In this document: piece by piece, positions 42,806 to 52,954 of the stretch
Layout of the letters: the number at the start of each line of letters is the position of its first letter
How positions within the stretch are numbered: the stretch's first letter is position 1
Assembly: GCA_902529935.1 (NCBI GenBank)
Contig: CABZYK010000004.1
Span: 66,674-130,673, forward strand
Source of the DNA: an uncultured SAR86 cluster bacterium
GTDB lineage: Bacteria; Pseudomonadota; Gammaproteobacteria; Magnimaribacterales; AG-339-G14
Direction of reading: 5' to 3'
Length of the DNA stretch: 64,000 nucleotides
The notes under the pieces: model-generated
What the model saw: the letters and a program-made list of their open reading frames with translations, nothing else
The model's database searches: none
What the model was told of the DNA's origin: nothing
Program-made: the position numbers and the translations under genes

Positions 42806-43405
42806 TTGGATTATTTGTGCCTGGATTTTGAAGGAGTTTTAATTCCTGAAATATGGCAAGAAGTCTCTAAAGTAACTGGCATTACAGATCTTATGCTAAC
42901 TACACAAGATCTTGAAAGCTACGAAGAACTGATGGACATTCGCCTAAAGTTAGTTTCTGATAACGATATTACTATCAATGACATCATGGAAATTGTTGAA
43001 GAGATGGAACCGATGGAAGGTGCTGTTGATTTTTTGTCTTGGGCCAGAGAAAATTTTCAAGTATCCATTGTTTCTGATACTTTTTACGAGTTATGTTGGC
43101 CATTAGTAAGAAAATTAAACTATCCTCATGTGATTTGTCATCATCTAGAGCTAAATGGTTCTGAAATTATTGGCTATAAACTGAAACAAGATAATAATAA
43201 ACAAAAGGTCATTGAAGCAATTAAAGAAACTATGAAATTCAGGGTTTTTGCTGCAGGAGATTCTTATAACGACATTAATATGTTGAATACTGCGGATCAC
43301 GGTTTCTTTTTTCAAGCTCCTTCACACATTAAAGAAAAATATCCACACTTAGAAACTATAAAGGATCATAAAGAACTAAAGAGTAAGTTAGAGAACTTCT
43401 TATGA
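42806..43405 (+). CDS. thrH: phosphoserine phosphatase / homoserine phosphotransferase ThrH (HAD family)
   Basis: 199 aa, TTG start. CLDFEGVLIPEIWQEVSKVTGI...PMEGAVDFLSWARENFQVSIVSDTFYEL...AAGDSYNDINML is collinear with P. aeruginosa ThrH as I recall it. Confidence 0.85.
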   Translation: MDYLCLDFEGVLIPEIWQEVSKVTGITDLMLTTQDLESYEELMDIRLKLVSDNDITINDIMEIVEEMEPMEGAVDFLSWARENFQVSIVSDTFYELCWPLVRKLNYPHVICHHLELNGSEIIGYKLKQDNNKQKVIEAIKETMKFRVFAAGDSYNDINMLNTADHGFFFQAPSHIKEKYPHLETIKDHKELKSKLENFL

Positions 43406-44259
43406 GCTGGGAAAAATTAATAAAAGAAAACAAACCTCTTGTTATAACAGGTACTATAAATGCTTATTCCGCTCTTTTAGCTGAAAGGGCAGGAATTCAA
43501 GCTATTTATCTTTCAGGAGGTGGAGTTGCTAATGCCAGCTACGGACTTCCTGACTTGGCTATGACCTCAAGAGAAGATGTATTAGAAGACGTGAGAAGGA
43601 TAAGGTCTGCCACTGAACTTCCTTTGTTGGTAGATATCGATACCGGCTGGGGTTCCGCATTGAGTATTTCTAGGACTATCAAAGAGATGATATCCGCAGG
43701 GGCATCAGGTGTTCACATTGAAGATCAAGTTAGTGAAAAAAGGTGCGGTCATAGACCTAATAAAGAAATAGTTAGTTCAGAAGAAATGGTCGATAGAATC
43801 AAAGCAGCAAAGGATTCGCAGACAGATGACAATTTTTTGCTCATGGCAAGAACAGATGCATTTGCCAAGGGCGGATTACAGGAAGTTATTGATAGATCAA
43901 ATGCTTTTATCGAAGCGGGAGCGGGAGCTATTTTTCCAGAGGCAATTTCAACGCTCAAAGATTATGAGGAGATCTCAAAAAATGTTTCCAAGCCCATATT
44001 GGCTAATATTACTGAGTTTGGTATGACTCCTCTTTTTTCACATGATGATCTGGCTGATGCGGGTGTAAAGATTGTTCTGCATCCTTTATCCGCTTTCAGA
44101 GCTATGTCCAAAGCTGCAGAAAAAGTATATGCTACTCTTGCTTCTGGTGGGGACCATGAAGGTTTGCTGGATAAAATGCAAACAAGAGATGAATTGTATG
44201 ATGTCCTGGACTATCATATGTACGAAGAGAAAATTGATAAACTTTTCGAAAAAAACTAA
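43402..44259 (+). CDS. prpB: 2-methylisocitrate lyase
   Basis: 285 aa. Has the ICL/PEP-mutase signature EDQVSEKRCGH and DTGWG. It lies next to prpC and prpD. Confidence 0.9.
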   Translation: MSWEKLIKENKPLVITGTINAYSALLAERAGIQAIYLSGGGVANASYGLPDLAMTSREDVLEDVRRIRSATELPLLVDIDTGWGSALSISRTIKEMISAGASGVHIEDQVSEKRCGHRPNKEIVSSEEMVDRIKAAKDSQTDDNFLLMARTDAFAKGGLQEVIDRSNAFIEAGAGAIFPEAISTLKDYEEISKNVSKPILANITEFGMTPLFSHDDLADAGVKIVLHPLSAFRAMSKAAEKVYATLASGGDHEGLLDKMQTRDELYDVLDYHMYEEKIDKLFEKN

Positions 44260-44265
44260 ATAACA

Positions 44266-45390
44266 ATGGCTGAAAAGAAACTAGAGGGTGCTGGCCTTCG
44301 TGGACAGGTAGCTGGACAAACAGCTCTCTCAACCGTAGGAAAAGAAGGAAAAGGTCTCACTTATAGAGGTTACGCAATTGAGGAACTTTCTGAGAAAGCT
44401 TCATTTGAAGAGGTTGCCTATATGCTTCTGTATGGGAATTTGCCTAACCAATCAGAGCTGAGCAATTATAAGAAAAAACTAAAAAAATACAGAGAACTTC
44501 CGTCAGAATTAAAAAAAGTACTTGAACTGATTCCAGCATCTGCCCATCCAATGGATGTACTTAGAACAGGTTGTTCTTTTCTGGGGAACATAGAACCAGA
44601 AGGAGACTTTTCAAATCAAACCGATATTGCCGATAGATTAATATCTATATTTCCATCAGTTGTCTGTTATTGGTATCGCTATTCGCACGATGGAGTATCT
44701 ATAGAAACCGCTACAGATCATGACTCCATAGGAGGTCATTTTCTTTCAATGCTTACGGGGAAAGAACCAAGCCTAGATGATGCAAGATGCTTAGATGTTT
44801 CTTTAATTCTCTACGCCGAACACGGTTTCAATGCTTCGACTTTTACTGCAAGAACTTGTGCTTCAACTTTATCCGATCTTCATTCATGCATTACTGGCGC
44901 TATTGGTACTTTAAGAGGACCTTTGCACGGAGGAGCTAACGAAGCTGCAATGGAAATGATTGAGAAATTTTCTTCTAGAGAAGAGGCTAATGCTGGCGTA
45001 AAAAAGATGCTAGAGGCCAAAGAGAAAATAATGGGATTCGGTCACGCGGTATATTCAACTGAGGATCCAAGAAGCGATATTATCAAGTCATGGGCAAAAA
45101 AATTAAGCGTGCATAATGGAGATGATACTCTTTATCAAGTTTCCGAAGAGATTGATAAGGTCATGGAAGAAGAAAAAAATCTTTTTCCAAATACTGATTT
45201 TTACATGGCTTCTGCCTACTCGTATTTAGGCATTCCAACTAAAATTTTTACTCCTTTATTTGTTATAGGCAGAACCTCTGGTTGGTCTGCAAACGTCATA
45301 GAGCAAAGAGCTGATAATAGGATTATCCGACCTAGCGAAGAATACATTGGCCCTGAAAAATCAGATTGGGTCGATATAGAAAATAGATAA
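44266..45390 (+). CDS. prpC: 2-methylcitrate synthase
   Basis: 374 aa. Has the citrate synthase signature GFGHAVYSTEDPR. It sits between prpB and prpD. Confidence 0.9.
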   Translation: MAEKKLEGAGLRGQVAGQTALSTVGKEGKGLTYRGYAIEELSEKASFEEVAYMLLYGNLPNQSELSNYKKKLKKYRELPSELKKVLELIPASAHPMDVLRTGCSFLGNIEPEGDFSNQTDIADRLISIFPSVVCYWYRYSHDGVSIETATDHDSIGGHFLSMLTGKEPSLDDARCLDVSLILYAEHGFNASTFTARTCASTLSDLHSCITGAIGTLRGPLHGGANEAAMEMIEKFSSREEANAGVKKMLEAKEKIMGFGHAVYSTEDPRSDIIKSWAKKLSVHNGDDTLYQVSEEIDKVMEEEKNLFPNTDFYMASAYSYLGIPTKIFTPLFVIGRTSGWSANVIEQRADNRIIRPSEEYIGPEKSDWVDIENR

Positions 45391-45397
45391 ACTTCTT

Positions 45398-46843
45398 ATG
45401 TCTTCAAACGTAGATCAAAATGTACGTCCAGATTTTGATGAATTAATTCAAAAAATATCTGACTACTCACAAAGCGATATTGAATTTAATGATCTTGCCA
45501 TGGAAACAGCAAGACATTGCTTGATGGATACATTGGGTTGCGGTCTTCTTGCGCTTACTTTTGATGATTGTAAAAAAATGCTTGGTCCTTTTGCAGATGA
45601 TGTAAAAGTTAAAAATGGTGTGAGAGTTCCTGGAACTAATTTTATTCTTGATCCCGTTAAAGGTGCTTGGGATATCGGGGCGATTATAAGGTGGTTAGAT
45701 TTCAACGATACATGGCTAGCTGCCGAATGGGGCCATCCATCAGATAATTTAGGTGGAATTTTGGCTGCAGCTGACTATATCTCTCAGCAAAATAGAGAAA
45801 AAAATAAAGAACCTCTTAAGATGAAGGCTGTTTTAGAAAGCATGATTAAGGCGCATGAAATTCAAGGAGTTTTAGCAATAAAAAATAGCTTTAATCGAGT
45901 GGGTCTTGATCACGTCCTTCTGGTCAAACTAGCCTCCACATCTGTGATAGCAAAATTATTTGGACTCACTAAAGAACAATCTTTAGATGCAATCTCACAA
46001 GTTTTTGTTGATGGCCAAAGTTTAAGAACTTATCGTCATGCACCTAACGCTGGCCCGAGGAAATCTTGGGCAGCCGGAGATGCTACTAGCAGAGCAATGC
46101 AATTAGTTTTATTTACTATGAGAGGTCAAATCGGTTATCCAAGTGCCATTACCGCAAAGACATGGGGTTTCCAAGATGTCTTATTTGAAGGTAAAGATTT
46201 GATTGTTGAACAAGACTTTAATTCTTACGTGATGGAAAACGTTTTATTTAAAATTTCATTTCCAGCTGAATTTCATGCTCAGACTGCAGTTGAAGCAGCA
46301 GTAAAACTTCACCCAGAAATCATTGATAAATTGGATGAAATTGAACAAATCAAAATCACGACTCATGAGTCAGCAATTCGAATTATCAGTAAAGAAGGTG
46401 AATTAAATAATCCAGCTGATAGAGATCATTGTCTCCAATATATGACTGCTATTGGATTGTTGAAAGGAGATCTAGTTGCCGAGGATTATGAAGATGATGT
46501 TGCCAGCGATCCTAGAATTGATGAGTTAAGACAGAAAATGCTTATTGAAGAGGATGAAAGGTACTCAGCTGAGTATCATGAACCCGACAAAAGATCTATT
46601 TCTAATGCATTACAAATCATTTTCAAAGATGGAAGTTCAACAGATAAGATTGAGGTTGAATATCCAATTGGTCATAAATTCAGGCGAGAAGAGGGTATTC
46701 CAATTCTCCTAGAAAAATTCAAAAGAAATCTACTAACTCAGTTTGATGAAGAAAAATCAAACCAGATATTTGAGTTATGTCAGGATAAAGACAAGCTTCT
46801 GGATACTCCTGTAGATGAATTCATGAAGCTGCTGGCTAAATAA
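45398..46843 (+). CDS. prpD: 2-methylcitrate dehydratase
   Basis: 481 aa. The length, MmgE/PrpD family pattern and operon context all fit. Confidence 0.9.
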   Translation: MSSNVDQNVRPDFDELIQKISDYSQSDIEFNDLAMETARHCLMDTLGCGLLALTFDDCKKMLGPFADDVKVKNGVRVPGTNFILDPVKGAWDIGAIIRWLDFNDTWLAAEWGHPSDNLGGILAAADYISQQNREKNKEPLKMKAVLESMIKAHEIQGVLAIKNSFNRVGLDHVLLVKLASTSVIAKLFGLTKEQSLDAISQVFVDGQSLRTYRHAPNAGPRKSWAAGDATSRAMQLVLFTMRGQIGYPSAITAKTWGFQDVLFEGKDLIVEQDFNSYVMENVLFKISFPAEFHAQTAVEAAVKLHPEIIDKLDEIEQIKITTHESAIRIISKEGELNNPADRDHCLQYMTAIGLLKGDLVAEDYEDDVASDPRIDELRQKMLIEEDERYSAEYHEPDKRSISNALQIIFKDGSSTDKIEVEYPIGHKFRREEGIPILLEKFKRNLLTQFDEEKSNQIFELCQDKDKLLDTPVDEFMKLLAK

Positions 46844-47495
46844 TTCTTTCGCTACTAATCTCTAAATATTCGCAAAGTTTTTTAATTGATTCAATATGAT
46901 CAACAACCTTTATGGTTGTCATCCCCAAAGCTTTTGCTGGTTTGAGATTAATTCCCAGATCATCAAGAAAAATCACCTCTGAAGGGTTACATCCTGTTGT
47001 GGTAAGAGCAATTTCATAAAATTTATCTTCTGGTTTTCTGACTCCAACTTCTCTTGATTCAATAATGTAGTCAAATAGTCCAAGGATTCTTTGCCTCTCT
47101 TGATTGTTATTATCTAGGGCTGACTTATCTTCGTTTGCATTAAAATTATTCGTTAAACAAGCCAACAAAAATGACTCCTCCTTAAGTACTTCTAGCATCT
47201 TCACCATCTCAGGAACAACACTACCTTGTAAAAGCTCAAGAATTTTGGATCCCTCAATTTTATAGCCTAGATTTTCGCTTTCTAAGGCAAATAATTTATC
47301 AAACTCTTCCAAAGATATTTTTGAGGACTCTAGTTTTGCCCATGCATTTTCGTAAGGATTTGTTGAATTGACCCTCCTTATAAAATCTTTTGGCAAATTA
47401 TTTTCTTTCTCAAAGCTAGAAAAAGCTTGGAAAGGACTTGAAGTTATTACTCCACCAAAATCCCAAAATACAGCCTTAAATTTTTTGTCTATCAT
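46836..47495 (-). CDS. HAD-superfamily hydrolase
   Basis: I start it at ATG 47495 (MIDKKFKAVFWDFGGVITSSPF...). The tracked extension to 47546 would abut the aroC start. Motifs: FWDFGGV, CLTNN and FLDDLGINL. Confidence 0.75.
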   Translation of the reverse strand: MIDKKFKAVFWDFGGVITSSPFQAFSSFEKENNLPKDFIRRVNSTNPYENAWAKLESSKISLEEFDKLFALESENLGYKIEGSKILELLQGSVVPEMVKMLEVLKEESFLLACLTNNFNANEDKSALDNNNQERQRILGLFDYIIESREVGVRKPEDKFYEIALTTTGCNPSEVIFLDDLGINLKPAKALGMTTIKVVDHIESIKKLCEYLEISSERII

Positions 47496-47545
47496 TTCAG
47501 TTTTTAAAGGGTATAAGCGTATAATCGTGCAGTTTATTTTAAGCA

Positions 47546-48643
47546 ATGAGTGGAAATAGTATAGGTAAATCTTTCACCGTCACTACTTTTGGTGAAAGTC
47601 ATGGAAAAGCACTGGGGTGCATTATAGATGGATGCCCTCCAGGCATTGCTATTTCTGAACAAGACATTCAAGTTGAACTTGATAAAAGAAGGCCAGGCTC
47701 GAATGCGTTTACAACGCAAAGAAGTGAAAAGGATAAGGTTCAAATACTCTCAGGTATTTTTGAAGGGAAAACTACAGGTACACCTATTGGAATGATTATC
47801 TTTAATGAGGATCAAAAAAGTGAAGACTACGATAATCTGAAAGATGTTTTTCGTCCGTCTCATGCTGACTACACTTACTTAAAGAAATATGGATTGAGGG
47901 ATCATCGAGGCAGCGGCAGAGCTTCTGCCAGAGAAACCGTGATGAGAGTTGCTGCTGGAGCCATTGCAAAAAAATATTTGAAAGATCATCTAGCAGTTGA
48001 AATAACTGGTTATGTTGAACAAGTAGGGGAAATAATTGCAGATCAAATTGATCTTAAAGAGATCAACAACAATGCTTTCTTTTTTCCTGACAAAACAAAA
48101 TTGAAATCTTTAGAAGATCTTATTGCCTCTTTGAGAGAAGCAGGAGATTCTGTCGGTGCAAAAATAAAAATTAATGTGAATAACGTTCCAGCAGGTTTGG
48201 GAGAACCAGTATTTGATAAGTTGGATGCTGATTTGGCTCACGGGTTAATGAGTATTAATGCAGTTAAAGGAGTTGAATTAGGGTTGGGATTTGATGTCGT
48301 TTCAAAAAAAGGAAGCGAACATAGAGATGAGATTGATCGAGATGGATTTGCTTCCAACAACGCAGGCGGAATTTTGGGTGGTATTTCTTCAGGCCAGCCA
48401 ATAGATATTGCAATTGCTTTAAAACCTACATCGAGTATCAGCACTGAAGGTAAAACTGTCGATAAATCTGGAAAAGAAACAACTGTTCAATCAATTGGTC
48501 GCCACGATCCATGTGTTGGCCTTAGAGCTGTCCCAATAGCTGAGTCCATGGTAGCAATAATTTTATTGGATCATTATCTGAGAAATCGTGCTCAAAATAA
48601 TGACGTAGAAAACTCATCTTATACGATTCCTACAAGTGAATAA
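47546..48643 (+). CDS. aroC: chorismate synthase
   Basis: 365 aa. Contains [24 protein letters not shown]-like RRPGSN and GRHDPCVG. Confidence 0.95.
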   Translation: MSGNSIGKSFTVTTFGESHGKALGCIIDGCPPGIAISEQDIQVELDKRRPGSNAFTTQRSEKDKVQILSGIFEGKTTGTPIGMIIFNEDQKSEDYDNLKDVFRPSHADYTYLKKYGLRDHRGSGRASARETVMRVAAGAIAKKYLKDHLAVEITGYVEQVGEIIADQIDLKEINNNAFFFPDKTKLKSLEDLIASLREAGDSVGAKIKINVNNVPAGLGEPVFDKLDADLAHGLMSINAVKGVELGLGFDVVSKKGSEHRDEIDRDGFASNNAGGILGGISSGQPIDIAIALKPTSSISTEGKTVDKSGKETTVQSIGRHDPCVGLRAVPIAESMVAIILLDHYLRNRAQNNDVENSSYTIPTSE

Positions 48644-50054
48644 CCCTAACCCTAAAACCCTATACGATAAGTTATGGGATACTCATTTTGTTGGCAGTAG
48701 ATCTGATAACGGTGATTTGCTCTACATCGATCTTCACATGGTTCATGAAGTTACTTCGCCGCAAGCGTTTGAAGGATTGAAGATCAAAGGTATTGGTCCA
48801 AGAAGAGTAGATTCTATTGTTGCGACAGTTGATCACAATGTACCTACAACAGATAGATCTGAAGGATTAAGAGGAATAAAAGATACCATTAGTAGAGATC
48901 AAATTCAGGCACTGCAGATCAATTGTCATGATTTTGGTATAGATTTAATCGACCTAAATGATTTGAACCAAGGAATTGTTCATGTTGTCGGCCCAGAGCA
49001 AGGTTTTACGCAACCTGGCATGACAATAGTTTGTGGTGATTCACATACTTCAACTCATGGTGCTTTTGGATGTCTTGCAATGGGAATAGGAACAAGCGAA
49101 GTTGAGCACGTTCTTGCAACACAATGCTTAGTCATGAACAAACAAAAAAACATGAGAATCTCTATCAATGGGCCTTTGAAAAAAAATGTTTTTGCTAAAG
49201 ATTTAACAATGTTTTTAATTGGAAAGATTGGTACAGCAGGAGGTACAGGTCACGTTATTGAATATGATGGATCTACAATAGAGAGCCTCTCTATGGAAGG
49301 ACGCATGACTGTTTGTAATATGGCTATAGAAGCAGGTGCAAGAGCTGGGATGATCGCTCCAGATCAGAAAACATTTGATTACCTCAAAAGTAAGCCTCAT
49401 TCTCCAAAAGGTAATGAATATGAAATAGCTCTTGAATACTGGAAAACATTTCATTCTGATGAAAACTCCAATTTTGATACTGTTCATAACTTTTTTGCTG
49501 AAGAAATTGAACCGCAAGTTACTTGGGGAACTTCACCTGAAATGGTGATAGGAGTAAAAGATCGAATACCATCTAAGGAGGATTACACCTCACAAACTGA
49601 AAGAAATAACTTTGAGGCAGCTTTGGACTACATGGGCTTAAGTGCTGGAGACTCTCTAGAGAATTACTCTCTTGATCAAATTTTCATAGGCTCATGTACT
49701 AATTCAAGAATTGAGGATTTAAGGGAAGCAGCAGAAATTTTAGATGGCAATGTGATTTCTAAGAAGATAAAAAGAGCTATGATTGTTCCAGGCTCAGGAT
49801 TAGTTAAAAAACAGGCCGAAGAAGAAGGTTTGCATGAAACTTTTATCTCTAGTGGATTTGAGTGGAGGGAGCCTGGATGTTCTATGTGTTTAGGAATGAA
49901 TCCAGATCAATTAGGAGAAAAAGAAAGATGCGCTTCTACTTCTAATAGAAATTTTGAGGGCAGGCAGGGCCACTTAGGTAGAACTCATCTTGTAAGCCCA
50001 GCTATGGCAGCAGCTGCAGCTTTAGCTGGAAATTTTATTGATATCTCGTCATGA
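48636..50054 (+). CDS. leuC: 3-isopropylmalate dehydratase large subunit
   Basis: 472 aa, GTG start. Contains [24 protein letters not shown] and [11 protein letters not shown]...CSMCLGMN. Confidence 0.95.
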   Translation: MNNPNPKTLYDKLWDTHFVGSRSDNGDLLYIDLHMVHEVTSPQAFEGLKIKGIGPRRVDSIVATVDHNVPTTDRSEGLRGIKDTISRDQIQALQINCHDFGIDLIDLNDLNQGIVHVVGPEQGFTQPGMTIVCGDSHTSTHGAFGCLAMGIGTSEVEHVLATQCLVMNKQKNMRISINGPLKKNVFAKDLTMFLIGKIGTAGGTGHVIEYDGSTIESLSMEGRMTVCNMAIEAGARAGMIAPDQKTFDYLKSKPHSPKGNEYEIALEYWKTFHSDENSNFDTVHNFFAEEIEPQVTWGTSPEMVIGVKDRIPSKEDYTSQTERNNFEAALDYMGLSAGDSLENYSLDQIFIGSCTNSRIEDLREAAEILDGNVISKKIKRAMIVPGSGLVKKQAEEEGLHETFISSGFEWREPGCSMCLGMNPDQLGEKERCASTSNRNFEGRQGHLGRTHLVSPAMAAAAALAGNFIDISS

Positions 50055-50692
50055 ATAAATCTATTTCAAATATTTTTTCTGGAGAAGCAGTGTTCTTGGA
50101 TAAAGCTAATGTGGATACAGATCAAATAATCCCTAAGCAATTTTTAAAATCTATAAAGCGAACTGGCTTTGGTCCAAATTTATTCGATGCCTGGAGATAT
50201 CTTGATAAAGGTGATTTGAATTCAGATAACTCAAAAAGAAAATTAAATCCTGATTTTATTCTTAATCATGATCTTTATAAATCTTGCAATATTTTAATAA
50301 CCAGAGAAAATTTTGGTTGCGGATCAAGTCGAGAGCATGCTGTTTGGGCTTTAACTGATTACGGCTTTACAACTATCATTGCTCCATCTTTTGCTGATAT
50401 TTTCAAAAATAATTCCTATAAAAATGGTCTCTTACTCATTGAAATAGATAAAGAAAAAATTGATGAAATTTTTAAACAAATAACAGAGAAAAAAACTATT
50501 AACATTGAAGTAGATGTTCATAATCAATTTATTTATCTAGAGGAAAAGCAATTCCCGTTTGAATTGGATGATTTTAAGAAAAAGTTTCTTTTAGATGGAA
50601 TTGATGAAGTAGGTTTTACACTCCAACATCAGAATAAAATAGAGGATTTTGAGAAAAATTATAAAAAAACTGTACCTTGGTTGTTTAAATGA
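50051..50692 (+). CDS. leuD: 3-isopropylmalate dehydratase small subunit
   Basis: 213 aa. Contains [13 protein letters not shown] and [16 protein letters not shown]. Confidence 0.95.
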   Translation: MNKSISNIFSGEAVFLDKANVDTDQIIPKQFLKSIKRTGFGPNLFDAWRYLDKGDLNSDNSKRKLNPDFILNHDLYKSCNILITRENFGCGSSREHAVWALTDYGFTTIIAPSFADIFKNNSYKNGLLLIEIDKEKIDEIFKQITEKKTINIEVDVHNQFIYLEEKQFPFELDDFKKKFLLDGIDEVGFTLQHQNKIEDFEKNYKKTVPWLFK

Positions 50693-51750
50693 AAGACATT
50701 GATTTACTTCTTTTAAGCGGTGATGGCGTGGGTCCAGAAATCATGGAAAGTGCGATTTCTTTGCTTGAAAAAATCCAATCAAGTTTCAAGATTAACTTCA
50801 ATTTGATCGAAGGTCTTATCGGTGGAGCTTCAATTGATGCTCATGGACTACCGATATCAGATGAAACTTTGAATCAAGCATCTCAAGCAGACTCAATCTT
50901 ATTTGGTGCAGTGGGAGGTCCTAAATGGGATTCACTTCCTCCTAATGAAAAACCTGAAAAAGGTTTGTTAGAACTGAGATCTTCATTAGGCCTGTTTGCA
51001 AATCTAAGGCCTGCAATTTTATTTGATAGTTCCTTGGAAGCATCATCTTTAAAGCCCGATATCATAAAAGATCTTGATATGCTTATCGTAAGAGAGCTCA
51101 CTGGCGGTATATATTTTGGTGAGCCTAGAGAAAAAAAATCATCCTCTGCTTTTAATACAATGATTTATGAAAGGCATGAAGTTGAAAGAATCGCTAGGGT
51201 TGCTTTTGATTCTGCATCCTTGAGAAACAAAAAAGTTTGTTCAGTTGATAAATCAAATGTTCTTGAAGTGTCTGAATTTTGGAGGGAAGTTGTAATAGAT
51301 GTATCGAAAGATTATCCAGATATAGAATTAAGTCATATGCTTGTCGACAACGCTGCCATGCAGCTTGTGAAAAACCCCAAACAATTTGATGTCATTCTTT
51401 CAGGCAACTTATTTGGAGATATCCTCTCTGATATTTCTGCAATGCTTACTGGATCTATCGGAATGCTTCCTTCTGCTTCCTTGGATAACAGAAATAAAGG
51501 GTTGTATGAACCAGTTCATGGCAGTGCTCCTGATATTGCAGGACAAGGAACAGTAAACCCAATCGCAATGATTCTTTCAGTTGGGATGATGTTTAGGTAT
51601 TCACTTAATCAATTAGAAATATCAGAAAACATTAAAAGTGCAGTCTCAAATACTCTTAATGATGGATACGCTACTAAAGATATTGCTGATAAGAATAGTA
51701 AAATTTGTTCAACTAGAGAATTAACAAAAATAATTATCGATCATGTCTAA
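50689..51750 (+). CDS. leuB: 3-isopropylmalate dehydrogenase
   Basis: 353 aa. Contains LLSGDGVGPEI, NLRPA, VRELTGGIYFG and NLFGDILSD. Confidence 0.95.
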   Translation: MKDIDLLLLSGDGVGPEIMESAISLLEKIQSSFKINFNLIEGLIGGASIDAHGLPISDETLNQASQADSILFGAVGGPKWDSLPPNEKPEKGLLELRSSLGLFANLRPAILFDSSLEASSLKPDIIKDLDMLIVRELTGGIYFGEPREKKSSSAFNTMIYERHEVERIARVAFDSASLRNKKVCSVDKSNVLEVSEFWREVVIDVSKDYPDIELSHMLVDNAAMQLVKNPKQFDVILSGNLFGDILSDISAMLTGSIGMLPSASLDNRNKGLYEPVHGSAPDIAGQGTVNPIAMILSVGMMFRYSLNQLEISENIKSAVSNTLNDGYATKDIADKNSKICSTRELTKIIIDHV

Positions 51751-52954
51751 TATTAAGTTAGCAATAGTAGGTGCCACGGGCGCGGTTGGAAGAGAATTTT
51801 TGAGAATCCTTGCAGAACAGCAGTTTCCCGCCGAAAATCTTTTTTTGGTTGCTTCATCTAAATCTGCAGGCAAAGCAATTAAATATTTTGAAAAAATTAT
51901 AGAAATTGAAGATCTTCAACTTTTCGATTTTAGTAAAGCTAGCGTTGCATTTTTTTCAGCCGGATCATCAGTTGCTGAATCTCACGCATCTCAAGCTATC
52001 GAGAAAGGTTGCACTGTCATAGATAATTCATCTTTTTTTAGAAATAGAGACGATCTTGAACTCATTGTTCCTGAAGTAAATGGATCTAGATTAGAAGATC
52101 TTAATTTGCCTGCAATAATTGCTAACCCAAATTGCTCCACTGCCCAAATGGTAGTTGCTCTAAAGCCTTTTCATGATCTGTTTAAGATAAAAAGAGTAGA
52201 CGTCGCTACTTATCAATCAGTATCAGGAACAGGACAATCAGCCTCTGAAGAACTTAAAGAACAATCTAGAAAAATTCTCGATGGCGAAGAACATTCTAAT
52301 AATGTTTACCCAGTGCAAATAGCTTTCAATGCATTACCTCTTGCTGGCGATATCTTAGAAAATAATTATTCAGAGGAAGAAATGAAACTTACGACCGAGA
52401 CAAAGAAGATATTTTCTGATGACATTGAGGTATCAGCAACATGCGTAAGAGTTCCAGTTCAAAGAGGTCATGGAGAAGTCATACATTTGGAAACAGAAAA
52501 AGAAATTAATTTAGAAGAAGTTAAAGATTCAATTAATAATCAAAATGGACTCATACTGTGTGATTCCGATGAAGATTTTTTTCCAACTCCAGTTACTCAT
52601 GCTGAAAAATCCAATGAAGTTTTTATTGGCAGATTAAGAAAGGATTTATGGAAAGATAATAGAGCAAATTTTTGGATTGTCTCTGATAATTTAAGAAAAG
52701 GAGCAGCTTGGAATAGTTTCCAAATCCTTTCTTCACTCATTAAAAATAAGTCGCATGAATTGCTCAATGATGAGTATGCAGAGGTTGGCGACCCTATTGA
52801 TGCAAGATTAAATTTAGCCGTTAGTTATATCGAAATGGGGAAAGCATACGATGCAAAAGCTATTATTTATGAGGTTTTTGATTTAAGCCCTAATTTTGAA
52901 CAAAAAAATAAAGCCGACTCTCTTCTTCAAAAGATAAATGATCAAGGAAGTTAA
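51743..52954 (+). CDS. asd: aspartate-semialdehyde dehydrogenase with a roughly 65-aa C-terminal extension resembling the FimV C-terminal motif
   Basis: 403 aa. Asd core: IVGATGAVGRE, active-site NPNCST, SVSGTG, RVPVQRGH and SDNLRKGAA. After about aa 334 comes ...GDPIDARLNLAVSYIEMGKAYDAKAIIYEVFDLSPNFEQKNKADSLLQKI. Confidence 0.9.
   Translation: MSNIKLAIVGATGAVGREFLRILAEQQFPAENLFLVASSKSAGKAIKYFEKIIEIEDLQLFDFSKASVAFFSAGSSVAESHASQAIEKGCTVIDNSSFFRNRDDLELIVPEVNGSRLEDLNLPAIIANPNCSTAQMVVALKPFHDLFKIKRVDVATYQSVSGTGQSASEELKEQSRKILDGEEHSNNVYPVQIAFNALPLAGDILENNYSEEEMKLTTETKKIFSDDIEVSATCVRVPVQRGHGEVIHLETEKEINLEEVKDSINNQNGLILCDSDEDFFPTPVTHAEKSNEVFIGRLRKDLWKDNRANFWIVSDNLRKGAAWNSFQILSSLIKNKSHELLNDEYAEVGDPIDARLNLAVSYIEMGKAYDAKAIIYEVFDLSPNFEQKNKADSLLQKINDQGS

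Noticed and set aside
48640-48662. Telomere-like AACCCTAACCCTAAAACCCTA string
   Set aside because: It consists of 2.5 units only and sits at the 5-prime end of leuC, where it encodes NNPNPKTL. It is most simply a coding coincidence.
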